Positions 25,945-37,970 of a DNA stretch of 64,000 bases are shown piece by piece. Source of the DNA: the human T2T-CHM13v2.0 reference genome, Homo sapiens; the NCBI RefSeq assembly GCF_009914755.1, contig NC_060934.1. One strand, given 5' to 3'. The position numbers were made by a program, and so were the translations under genes. A model generated the notes under the pieces. That model was not told where the DNA came from. It searched no databases and saw only the letters and a list, made by a program, of their open reading frames with translations. Each line of letters opens with the position of its first letter. The first letter of the stretch is position 1.

Positions 25945-28569
25945 ATAAAATGGCAGAGGAAGGCTGCCTGCCTAATTAGAGTGGTGGAACAAAGTTATGA
26001 AGCAGGAATGCTTAATATCAGGAGAAAAATGGAGGATTATGGCTTTAAATAAATGGGACTCACTCTCCTACCAGCATCTTCCCCATTCCAATGCAATCCT
26101 CCACACTAGACCATCTGCCAGTTGCTCTGGCAGGAGTGTGTCACCAAGTAGAATGGATCCACTAATTCTGGGATAAAGTCAAGAAAATTCCTCCAATGCA
26201 GAACACAACACTAACCTCAGTGACTGTAGCCCTTATATATCCAACGATCTTCTAGGGAAGCAAGAGAGAAAGCACCAATAAAATTCCAAAGCAAAAAGAT
26301 AAACATCACTTGTAAATGAAGCAATGGGGTACAATTTGGAGCAAATGTTCACTGATAATAAATCAAAAGCTCAATATTTGCCCCCTCAGGCCTCCCCAAA
26401 CTTCCCATCAGTAAAATGCTATCAAAACAAGCAAGGAAAAACATATTCCTACTTCAATTTCTATTTCAGTGCAAAATACAGTTCTCAAAATGTCAGTTTC
26501 ATCTAGTTTGGCCTTTCCAAGAACGTGCATAGTTAATCGTCAATGAACTGTAGTGTTTGGAGGATGCTGTTTAATTGAATTTTCAGGTTAACTGGGGCTA
26601 AGCAGAAAACTTTTTTTCTTTTTTGTTTCTAGTAGGAATCCTATAAAGTACTGATGGAATGGAAATGATGGTGTCCTGGAGACCCAGGGACCTAGGTTCC
26701 TAGGAAATTTCTTGGGAAGTCATATGCAAAAGAAATCCTGACAAAAAGAAGGCAAATAATACGTCATTGTCAGCTGTGTTTGTGTCCCAGGCCTTTAGGT
26801 AGAGCTCTCTGATAGAGTTAGCTGGAGCCTATGCCTTAGCTCAGGACTTTTAGGTCCTCACCCTGCCCATGTGCCTAAAGTCAAATCTTATTATTAGGAC
26901 ATCACAGGAAAAGAGCAAATAAAGAATGTTTACAATGAGAAGAAAGTGCAAAATATCCTTGCTTAATATGCCACATGGAAGTGAGTGCTAAACTGCCTAC
27001 TTCAGCCTCCTGAAGAAGAGAAGCAGATTTTACCCTTAATAATAAATGTGGTTCACGGCAAAAATGGGTTTCACCTCATGGATAATTTTATGCCTTTTTA
27101 AATGAAATTTTACTCTATTATATAGATGATGACTTGAATATTACTCCTCCATGTCTTTACCAGATTCAGAGAATATAACACCACTAAATTACTATCATTG
27201 CCATCATTACAAACACATATTTTCTAGCACAGTTGGTTCCACAATAGACTAGCATACCGGTGCTTACTGTAGGGAAATGTAAAAGAGAAGGCCAGCGCAG
27301 CGGTCATTTAAAGAGATCTAAGCCATCTAAATTATCCTCCTAAAAACCCTTCAAAATCCTAAGAAGACAAGTAATATTAATTTACTTTTAAAGTAAGGAT
27401 ACTTTTTATAATTAGTACCTTGCCCTTTTGTTTAAATTGTGATAGTCAAATACATTTTTTAATGATATATGAATAGTTCATGGATAATACAGGCCCTTAT
27501 ATAAACAATAGGTATGGAACATATAATTCCATTTTAAACTTGTCATTTTACATTTTTGCAATTTAATAGTAATTAGATCCTAATCTCATTATCTTAAGAC
27601 TTTGCAGTTTGTATCTTGGATTTCAGGACAATGAAAGGTCACCTCTGAGTTATGTGAAGCTGTGGCCTTGTTTGGGAACACAATTCCCAAATATAACACT
27701 GTTTGAATGGGAATATATTATCCATTATACACTGATGCATTCAATGATCTAGTTTCCAGAAATAGATTTTGGCAAATAGCGAGGACTGAACTTCTATTAA
27801 TGATACCCCTGCCTCCCTGCTTTAATTACTTCCTTGAATCAGGTATAGAAAGCAATTGATTCATCTATTGATTATGGTAAACAAGCACCATAGGGAGCTT
27901 CATTGCCATTTCATAGAGGGCTTGTGGCAAAAAGGGATGTATCCATCCTTCAGTTTATAGGACAAAGAAGCCCATGCATGAAGTCACCATAGCACTTAGA
28001 GACCAGTGTCCACCAACCATGAAAACCAAATAGGCTGCAATTCCTTTTGATTCTGCACCTCCCTAAGGGGGCATGAAGTTTCTCCAAAGAGAGTTTGAAG
28101 GCCTTGTCTGCCCAGATCTGGATGCAAAGCTCAGTTAGGTTCAGCTCTGAGGCTCTGACACCACAGGCTCAGGAGTTTGCTTACATTACTCTGAGATCAC
28201 AGGTCACCCTCCGAGATCCCAGCGAATTCACTCTCCCACAGTTTACCCCAGGAGTCCAACAGGCAGAGTGTGAGAGGGTGAAAGATGAATCTGGGTAAAG
28301 TCATAACCATTCCCAGAAAAAGAATCCCAAGCATGTACTCAGCTCAAATATGAACTGGGGGACATCCAATGAGCCTGTCACATGACACTGGACTTGGGAA
28401 AAGTAAGTCAAAAATATGCTTGCTTACTTGGTTCATGATTAACTATTTAAGACAAGTTGCATGGATGCAAAACACATATGAAAAAGTGAAAGCATAAGGC
28501 AAATCCACAAAGGGACAAAAAGCCCTAATGACAATAATAAAAATACCATGATATTTTGTTTCCAACTGA

Positions 28570-29120
28570 GTTAGTCAGAACACTATCAGCTATTGGTGAC
28601 TGACAAAAATGCAACTCAAACTAGTTGCAACCAGAAAGGGAACCTATCAGTTCATAAACTTGGAAATTCAATCTTGCTTCAGGTACTACTGAATCCCAGA
28701 TACTCAAATGATGTCTTCATTATGCCTTCACTCTATCACCATCTCCTGGCTCTGGATGTTCTGTGTTGGATTCACTGATCTCTTCACAAATTCCCAAAGA
28801 ACCTGTAGTTCCAGGCTTGTTTCTGTTGCTTGCAATCTTAGAAAGAAAAAAAACAGATCCTCTCCTCTAAAAGTTTCAGCAGAAGTCCAAGGGTTACGCG
28901 CATCAGCCCAGTTTGGGTTGAATGCCATCCATAAGTTTTACACTGCACCTAGGGGATGGAATGTGCTTATTAGACCTATTCCTGTTCAAGAGGTGTTGGA
29001 AGCCCCACCTGAACAGCACTGATCAAAAGAGAGGAAGGGGACAGTCCCCAAAGGAAAAGTGAGAGAGTGATGGCAAAATAAGGGAAAAGGGTGTTGGGCA
29101 GACAAACAACAGATAACCAT
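28570..29120 (-). mobile_element. MaLR solo LTR (MLT1J/K-like)
   Basis: gttagtcagaac...caactcaaactag...gttgggcagacaaacaacagataacca. Confidence 0.65.
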
Positions 29121-29264
29121 TTTAGCTACCAACACTCAGATGGCAGTCTGTGGATTAGACTTGGAAATGCCTAAAATTCTCTAGACAATCTCAGTGCCAT
29201 CTCCGGCATTTGCTCTTCAGTTCAAAGACCCAAGACTACATCAACTAGAAGACTCATAGTGCAT

Positions 29265-29650
29265 TGCTCATTCATTCAACAACTATTGTGCACCTCCCCA
29301 GACCTAGTTACTGGGGATACAATGGCAAGCAAGATGTATAAAGTATGATAAAAGACAGGATAAGGAATGACATCACAACTAATATTTATCATTAGGTGGC
29401 AGACACTGTGATGAATTTATTTACATAATTTTAAGGGTGTTACCAAACACAGAGAAAGGAATCCTAGCCCAGCCTTGGGAGATCAGGAAATGCTTCTAGA
29501 GGAAATGAACTTGAAGTTGAGGTTTGAAAAATGGGTAAGAGTTTGTCTAATCAAAGAGAGAAGTTAGGTAGTTCAAGCAAAGGAAACAGCACAAGCAATG
29601 TCTCCCAAATCAAGAAACAGTATAGTATTTTAGAGGAACAGAAAGACTTG
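29265..29650 (-). mobile_element. L2 fragment
   Basis: ctcattcattcaacaactattgtgcacct antisense 3' end. Confidence 0.65.
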
Positions 29651-30164
29651 TATAAACTCAAATAGTTTATTAATATAAACATTCTTAAGGGCAAAAACTA
29701 TTCTTATTCCACTTACAATGTAATCTTAAACAGGTTACTTGAATCCTCTGGGGGTCTCTCATAATGTTGTTATAAGGATCAAATGTAATAATATAGGTAA
29801 AATAGTAAATTTAAAGTCATCTACAACTCCAAGGCACACGTCAAGAACTAAAACTATTATGTAGATTCATAAATCCTGCATGATTAAGGAAAGATGACTG
29901 GCTCTGTATAATTGGGTCACTTGAGAAAAACATGCTTGAGCTTTCTGATGTCTATTTACCCACTAAGCTTCCTTATACTCATTGTGTGAGGTTAAACACA
30001 CACAGGAGTCATGTGTCTTTTATATCAGTGATCAGAAATGTAATAAGAGGGAGCAGGCAGTGTGGAAAAGTGTGCTCTCTAGGAAAACAATGGAAGTGTT
30101 CAAAGAATGTGGGTACAATGCACTGTTATAAAAACATCCTTGGCAGGAGAGAGGGATCCTGGGA

Positions 30165-30586
<422 letters not shown>

Positions 30587-32084
30587 TGAAGTGAGAATGA
30601 AAGATTATGAAGTATGAATCTAGGAGAAGTAGTAGAAATAGTTTGGGGGACTTATATTCTTAAAACATCAACATAAGGTATGTTTAAATTGTAACCCAGG
30701 CCAGAGAGTCATGAATAATCAGTTTGTCTTGGAGAATTCTGGAATTATAAACAAAAGGATACAAAGCATTGTCCAAGGTAAATATTGACATAACTGAAGA
30801 GGAACTAGAAAAACTCTTAATGAGGCCAAAAATACTGCATCTGGGGCAGATGTTTCACATTCTAACAATAAACACTCGGGTACAAGAACTCTAAGGATGA
30901 GGGGTAAGAATGGTGTCCAATAGGTTGAAAAATTGACTTTGAACAAAGACCTTCTCAAATTTAAAACAGTGATACTATCAAAACATGAATATTAATTTTT
31001 AAGACCATGTTATTTCTTAAAATAAGGGCAATTCTCTCTGCCAGACACTCATTTGCCCACAAATATGAGGGGATTAGTGTTCATATCCTGAAGCAGCCAT
31101 CTGGTTTATACAGTGACAAATGCACAGTGGTTTCTTCCTCAACTCCCAGCTGCCCAGGAGTGAAGTGGTCTGGGAAGCCCCAGCACGACAGCTGGGCCAC
31201 TACTAGGTCTAAGCCCTCCAGCCCCTGCAATGACAAACCTTTTTGCTGAGACACACCCCCGCTCCACCATCAAGGATGGCTATGGAAGGACTTCACTAAT
31301 TCCTTCGGATTCATGCCCTGCTTCCTCCCAGGAGGATGTTCAGGTGGGGTAACCTGAAACAGAATAAACAGAAGCCCATTATTGCTGCTTAGTGGGAGCC
31401 AGTGAAGGATCTTGTCAGCAGAAAAGCGCCATGGCAACCAGTTCTTCAAAGCATTTTTTTAAAACTACAAGTTGAATTTCATCTGGAAACATCCCAATTA
31501 CCCAATTAGACTAAGCTGCAAAGTCTTTTTAGAATAAGCTCAGATCATAAGTGAGTGAATAGCTCAAACCCAAACCATTGCTTTCTGATACCCAGAAAAT
31601 ATAAGTTTGTTGGTACTGTATTCTGGTAGAAAGACAGTTTATTAGCAGGGAGAACGAAACCAGTCTGCATTTGTACAAAGTCTCAGTGCTACGGTAACAT
31701 ATGACTATATCCCATTGGGAGCCATGAGATCCTGGTTTTATTTTTCCCACTTAACAGATGGGAAAACTAAGGAGCTATAAGTAGACTCATCCCTGGGGGA
31801 CAGAGAAAGAGGCCAGGGTAAGGCAAATCTGGATTTTCTTGCTTTTGTGTTTATTTCTGTATAGCTCCAAGGAGTCAGAGAAATCAGCATCCAAGCCCTG
31901 TAGGTTCCACCCCTGAAATGTCTCATCCCTCACCTTCTTCTCCACCCTCTCTCCATTGTGCAAGTCAGACTTGGAGGACCTGCCACCTGGGAAAGTGTTC
32001 TCTTCTGCTCCTGCTCTTGCTGGACATGTCTATGACAGCATGGGGCACATCACAGCCCCCACCCCCACCATGCTGAATTGTCTC

Positions 32085-32470
32085 TTGTGGGCTGAATTAT
32101 GCACCCCCCCAAATCCATATGCTGAAGTTCTAGCCCCCAGTACCTCAAAATATGACTGGACTTGGAGATAGGGCCTTCAAAGAGGTAATCAAAATAAAAT
32201 GAGGTCATACGGATGGGCCCTAGTCCAATAGGACTGGTGTCTCTATAAGGAGAAAAGATTAAGACACAGAAAACACGCTGACCCAGGGAATGACCACAGG
32301 AAGACACAGTGAGAAGGTGGCCACTTGCAAGCCCAGGAGAGAGGCCTCAGAGAAAACCAACCCTGCTAAGACCTTGGTCTTGGACTTCCAGCCTCCAGAA
32401 CTGTAAGAATAAATGTCTGTTTCTTAAGCACCCAGTCTGTGGTATCTTGTTACGGCACCCCTCACAGACT
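32085..32470 (+). mobile_element. MaLR solo LTR (MLT1A/B-like)
   Basis: tgggctgaattatgcaccccc...cttccagcctccagaactgtaagaataaatgtctgtttcttaagcacccagtctgtggta. Confidence 0.88.
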
Positions 32471-32744
32471 GCTCCACTGCTCTTCCGATGGCAGTTCAGG
32501 TCTCCTCAATGTCACAGGCTGATAGAATTATCTGCTATACCCTCACCCACCACAAGTCGCATGCTCCAGCCACACCATGCACTTTCAACACTCTATTAAT
32601 TTCCAGAAATATTCCCCATCAACTTAAAATTACTTCTCTACCTTTGCTTTCTGTTAAAGTCTTCCTCATGCCTCAAGGCCAGGCCCAGGAGAGCCAGTTC
32701 ATAAAGTGCTCCCTAATCTCTTGTAGGTGTATTGCTAAGACTTA

Positions 32745-33235
32745 AATGACACTTGCCATGTGGCAGGCTCTGTGCAAAAGCATTTCCTATCCACTGTCTC
32801 ATCTCATCATCATGCCTAGCCTATAGAATGGATACCCTCTGCTGATCCCATTTTATGGATGAGGAAACTGAAGCACAGAGAGGAGAGGCAAAATGTTTGT
32901 CACAGTTAGGAGGGGCGGCTTCCCTCCAGAGCATCTGCAGTCCCATGGCTACGGCATCCCTCTTCGGGGTAATGTTTGTTCTGTGCTCCCACTGCACTTC
33001 CAACCTCAAGGGAAGCACCGTTAGACCACTCTGCTTTCTTTGGAAGTTGAGAGGCAGTATGTATAATGGTAAGTCTCTCTGTGCCTCAGTTTCCTCAACT
33101 GTAAAATAGGGATAATAACTGACTATATACTGTACTTTTGTTTCATAAGGACTACACAAGCTACTCCATTAAAGGAAAACTTGGAACTGTGCCTGGCACA
33201 TAGCAAGTACTTAATGAATGTCAGATACTAATTCA
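32745..33235. mobile_element. Two MIRs in opposite orientation (32745-32910 minus; 33070-33235 plus)
   Basis: cccattttatggatgaggaaactgaagcacagag and ctctgtgcctcagtttcctcaactgtaaaataggg. Confidence 0.8.
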
Positions 33236-33239
33236 TTAG

Positions 33240-33985
33240 AGTCTACTGTTCCCCCAACAAGAATTTGAGCTCCTCTGTCCAGGTTATCTTGGTATGCCCC
33301 AAACCTAGGAGCCTAATGTGGTGCTCTGCACAGCTTGGGCACAAGGTATAAAACTATTCTAATATTAATTGAATATGTCATTTTTAATAGATACCACCTT
33401 TTGATCATCTTCTTCTATCAACAGTTAAAGTAAAACCCAAGGTTCACCTTAGTCTACCAGGCACTCTCTGCCCTGGCACCTGACTACCTGTTTCACCTCA
33501 TTTCTTCCTTTCTCCCTTTCCCTGTTCATTCTTACCACACTGTAACCACCTTGGTTTTCCTCAAACATCTCTACCACACTCCTGTCTCAGAGGCTTTCCT
33601 ATAACCTCTCCCTTACTCTGATGTATTTTTCACAGTACTTCGTAGTTTCTTATGTAACTATCTATATATTTATTGTCTGTCTCCCCCATTAGAATGAGAG
33701 CTCCATGAGGACAGGAACTTTGATTCACTGCTGTATTCCCTGTGCCCAGAGCAGTGAATGGCACATAACAGACAGTTAATATCTCAAGGTTGCATGAATA
33801 CATGAATGAATCTCCAGACCCCGCAGCAACATTGAAAGGTGGGTTTTAAATGCCCATTCTACAGACTAACAAACTGAGGTCTAGCAATTAAGTAATTTTC
33901 CCACAGGCACACATTTAGTAACAGGCAGATCTTGGATTTTATCCATGTCTCTCTGACTCTAAAATTCTTTCCATAACACCAGGGT
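33240..33985. mobile_element. L2 fragments (+) ending near 33810, followed by MIR (minus, 33830-33985)
   Basis: tgtctgtctcccccattagaatgagagctccatgaggacagg...tgaatgaat; cccattctacagactaacaaactgagg. Confidence 0.75.
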
Positions 33986-34490
33986 CTCCTCATCTTAAGA
34001 AATACATGTGCCACCTTCAAGAGTTTCACCAACTTTCACATAACATCTGAATTAGTATTTGCCAAAACTTTAAGTCATTTAAATATTATGCAAGTTATTA
34101 TAGATTATATATACCTTAAGTATAACTATACCTACCTTTAAGTCATTTATATATTATTCAAATTATTTTATTTTGAAAGAAAAGCAACCATTTATGTGGA
34201 ATAAATCACACTAGAATACATATGTGTTGATTATGATTCAAAATATTTGTCAGTATATTTGGAAGCAGGGATATGGCTCCTGCATTTGAAAGCACTGATC
34301 CATGCTGCCTTATTCTACATATCCCTGGGCTGGTCCTGAATGCAGCCACCCCAGGCATCAGGATCCTCCACATCCACAGTGCCTCTTTTCTACTCCCCTT
34401 GTTCATCCAGCTTCCTGCTCACAAGTCCCTCTGCTCTTTGACAGGACATTTTTCATCGAAGGCCAGAAAGAGATTTCTGATGCCTTCAAA

Positions 34491-34554
34491 GCACGCACAT
34501 GCACTCGCGTGCACACACATGCACTTGCGTGCACACACACACACACACACACAC
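34491..34554. repeat. Alternating purine-pyrimidine tract ending in (CA)n; Z-DNA-prone
   Basis: gcacgcacatgcactcgcgtgcacacacatgcacttgcgtg followed by (ca)n. Confidence 0.85.
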
Positions 34555-34699
34555 CCCATGTCAGGAGCTCACATGAGCCTGTGAACATGCCAGCTGCCCA
34601 GCTGAAAGCAAAAGCAAGATGCAGGAGAGAGAAATTAATTGAAAACTTGAGGCTGTCAAGCCATACTGAGGAAAATCTCTCCCTGAGTTAAAGATCAGG

Positions 34700-34900
34700 A
34701 ACATAATCAAGGAAAGTGGCTTCTATAAAAGCTTGATTGGTTGATCGAAATCTCCAGTCATCTCGAAAATAATTGCCCGGAAGAAAGCACTGAGTGACCT
34801 GTCTGCTCGGAAAGGAGCCGCCACACCGACAACGGAAGGTGCCCCCAACCATCCTCCCCTGCGCAGGCCCCAGCGATGATGAACTGAATCTGTTTAAGGA
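34700..34900 (+). promoter_or_regulatory. Candidate promoter/enhancer: TATA box, CCAAT, ETS sites, CpG cluster
   Basis: TATAAAAG 34724-34731, ATTGG 34736-34740, Inr-like ccagtc near 34754, CCGGAAG 34777, ACGGAAG 34832; 9 CpGs in 34746-34875. Confidence 0.45.
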
Positions 34901-35189
34901 AGTATATTGCCTCATTATTTTCTGCTCTGACATACACGCATATTCCTCATGGATGTTAACTCTCAACAAAATAGAGGAAATGTTTGTGCTCTTTGTTTCT
35001 GCAGCTCTTTCATTTCCATGTCGGTATTTTATAAATATTCGGTCTGTACTCCTCCAGGCATGAGGAATGATGAAGATGGCTGTGGGCCCTGCTGTGGGCA
35101 CAGCAACTGGAAGCAGGCCTGTGTCGGGGCAGCGTTCTCCTCCAGGTCCCCAAAACATCCTCCCACAAGGGTCTTCCTCTGTCTTTGTC

Positions 35190-35570
35190 TACTCCCTGGC
35201 CCCACAGTGGTCTATCAGAAATGCAAATGTCATCACATCTCTCTTTGAGCTCAAAGTCTTCAGCAACTATCCATTGCCTACATTTAAAAATCCATCATCC
35301 TTAAAATGATGTGCTGGGCCTTATGAGGTTCCATCTAGCCCCCGCCTGCTTCTACTAAGCATCTCTCAAACCCTCCCCGCATCAACTCAAAGCCCTCCAG
35401 GTTCTCTCACATCTCTACATCTGGGCCTGCCTACGTGGTTCCCACCACCTAAGAGGCCCACTTACCTCTTCCCCTCACATCCTTGTCAGCCTTGGAAATT
35501 CCTTTCTGTCCTTTAAGACTCTGCTCAATGAAGTCTTGTCTTACCAGCTCAGTGCCTGTGTCAACTGACT
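35190..35570 (+). mobile_element. L2 fragment
   Basis: tcagaaatgcaaatgtcatcacatctctct...ctcaaagtcttcagcaact pyrimidine-rich L2 body. Confidence 0.55.
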
Positions 35571-35889
35571 TATAGAAAAAGGGCATCAAGAGTCTTGGAG
35601 AATTGCCCTTCCCTAGCAGGCTCCCATTGTCCAAGGTCAGCTCATGCTCTGCCCCACCTCCTCAAAGAAGGCTTCCATGATTTTTTTTTCCTCTGCTTGC
35701 TCAGATCTCTAACTTTCCTGAGTTTCTATGTTATGTAAATCTGTGCCACACATCTGAACCCTTTTTCCACTCCACCAAAGATTTGAACAAATGCCAAAAT
35801 ACTGAGCAAGTCATCCTCTTCCAGGAATCTGTCCTGAGTAAATAATCAAAAAGCTGATCAAAGATTTACAAACATGGACATTCACTGAA

Positions 35890-36092
35890 TTTTTTTAAAA
35901 GACAGGTCCTCAGCCTGCCAAGTAGCTAGGACTACAGGAGTGCACCACCACACCCAGCTAATTTTTTATTTTTTTAGAGATGGGGTCTAGCTATGTTGCC
36001 TAGGTTGGTCTTGAACTCCTGGCCTCAAGCAGTCTTTCTGTCTTGGCCTCCCAAACACTGGAATTGCAGGCATGGGCCACCTGGCCTGGCCA
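35890..36092 (-). mobile_element. AluJ with internal deletion in the right arm
   Basis: gacaggtc joined directly to ctcagcctgccaagtagct; intact left arm. Confidence 0.85.
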
Positions 36093-36274
36093 CATCATTT
36101 TTTATAATAACAAAAATCAGAAACAACTTAACTGTGCAATGGTGGGGATTCCTACATAAAATATGTCTATATGGTCATTAGAAATATTTTAAAGAACGTT
36201 TAAGGATATTGAAAGAATGCCCACTGAATAATGTTATGTTAAAAAAAAAGAATATAAAATTGTATGTAAAATAT

Positions 36275-36583
36275 AGCCAGGCGCAGTGGCTGATGCCCGT
36301 AATCCCAGCACTTTGGGAAGCTGAGGAGGGAGGATCACTTCAGCCCATGGAGTTCAAGACCAGACTGGGCAACATTGTGAAATTCTGTCTCTATAAAAAA
36401 TACAAAAATTAGCTGGGTGTGGCCCACACCTGTAATCCCAGCTACTCAGGAGGCTGAGATGGGAGGAACCCTTGAGCCTAGGGAGGTTGAAACTGCAGTG
36501 AACTGAGATCGCGCCACTGCACTCCAGCCTGGGGGACAGAGCAGGACCCTGTTTCAAAAAAATATAAATAAAAATAAAAATAA
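36275..36583 (+). mobile_element. AluJ
   Basis: Full length; TSD taaaattgta(t/a)gtaaaat near 36255 and 36584. Confidence 0.93.
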
Positions 36584-36618
36584 TAAAATTGTAAGTAAAA
36601 TTTGATTTCAGGTTTTTA

Positions 36619-36647
<29 letters not shown>
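36619..36647. repeat. (GATA)n tetranucleotide STR
   Basis: Read directly. Confidence 0.9.
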
Positions 36648-36649
<2 letters not shown>

Positions 36650-36684
36650 GTGAATATACATTTTATAGAGAGAAGTGAGATAGG

Positions 36685-36905
36685 AGAAGAGTAGCATGGG
36701 CTCCAGAACCAAGCTGTGTGGTTTAAGTAGGTTTGACCTTGTGGTCTTGGGAAAGTTACTTTAATCACTCTTTACTTCACATTTCTCATCAATTAAATTG
36801 GGATAATAATAATACCCTCTATGTAAGGCTACCATGGATATGAGTTAATATATGTACAGTGTGTGGAATTACACCTGGCAAATAGTAAGTGCTACATAAG
36901 GGTCA
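36685..36905 (+). mobile_element. MIR
   Basis: tgtggtcttgggaaagttact...ttgggataataataatacc. Confidence 0.8.
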
Positions 36906-37399
36906 GTCATCTTTGCTACTATACATTCAAAAAATACTTCAAAGAACCAAAATACTGCCCTTTCCAGGTGGTAGAACTTTAAGTGATTTTTATTCTTGCC
37001 TTTACATTTTTTTTATTCTTTCTTATTTTTCAAATTGCTTATAATAAACACATATCACTTTTTTAATCTAAAAAATATATGCTGCTTTTAAAGAAGTAAA
37101 GCACCATTCAAAATATATTTTATTCTTCACTCACAGCATCTAGGCATGAATGGTTTGGGGGTTTTTGTTGCTTTTTTTTTTTTCTTTTTTTTTTTTGCTG
37201 GGGGTTGAGGGTGGTTTATTTTATTTTATTTTATTATTTTATTTTAGAGCAAGAGAGAGAGAGAGAATGTCGCATAAGCCAGTCCGCATTGCCTAAGTGT
37301 CTGTTCCCAAGGAGCACAGTAAAAACCCTTGGGCCCTGGGAAAAAAGAGTGGCTGCAAAATCTCTCTATTAAGAACATGAGCATTGGAACTGACAAGAA

Positions 37400-37560
37400 A
37401 ATGGCACTGTCACTTTGAGCAAGTTGCAGATTTTTCTTAAGTCTCAGTTTTCTCATCTGCAAAATAAGGGAAAAAATTATTCCCACTTCATAAGGTAGCT
37501 AAAGCAACACACAAAATTGAATAAGGCCTGTCACATAGTAGGGACTCAGGAACTTTTAGC
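37400..37560 (+). mobile_element. MIR
   Basis: ctcagttttctcatctgcaaaataaggg. Confidence 0.75.
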
Positions 37561-37689
37561 AATCATAGAGATGATCAAAACTCAGAAGGGAGCTGCTCAG
37601 CCGGTGCAGGTGAGCAGACAAACTTGGATTTGTATCAAGCCTCTTGTCCCTACTTGCAGTATGGCATTCAAGATCAAAGGAGGGCCTTC

Positions 37690-37970
37690 TACACTGAACC
37701 CCAGTTATCCTCTATTTCCACATCCTATTTATAGCCTTTTGGAGTGTTTACCAATCATTTGTTTTTTGTTGATTTATTTCTTTGTTTCACTATATTTTAT
37801 CTGTCCTCACAATTAGATTGTAAACCCCATAAGAGCAGGAACCAAGCCTATTACGCTCATTATGCTATTCTCAGTGCCTAGCACAACACCTAGAATAAAG
37901 TAGAAATCTGTAATTGTGTGTGTGTGTGTGTGTGTGTGTAAAAGAGTCATGTTCAAATGAATGAATAAAT
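37690..37970 (+). mobile_element. L2 3' fragment with embedded (TG)n at 37915-37939
   Basis: tagattgtaaaccccataagagcaggaacc...cagtgcctagcacaacacct...aaatgaatgaat. Confidence 0.75.

Larger units (their letters stand above)
35770..37075 (+). mobile_element. Old L1ME-type 3' fragment hosting two Alus, (GATA)n and a MIR
   Basis: ccaggaatctgtcctgagtaaataatc; tttataataacaaaaatcagaaacaac; T-rich L1ME 3' end. Confidence 0.6.

Noticed and set aside
34688-35158. Longest ORF in the track (156 aa, minus)
   Set aside because: No recognisable domain or protein-like composition, and no supporting exon structure; the length is compatible with chance in locally GC-richer DNA.
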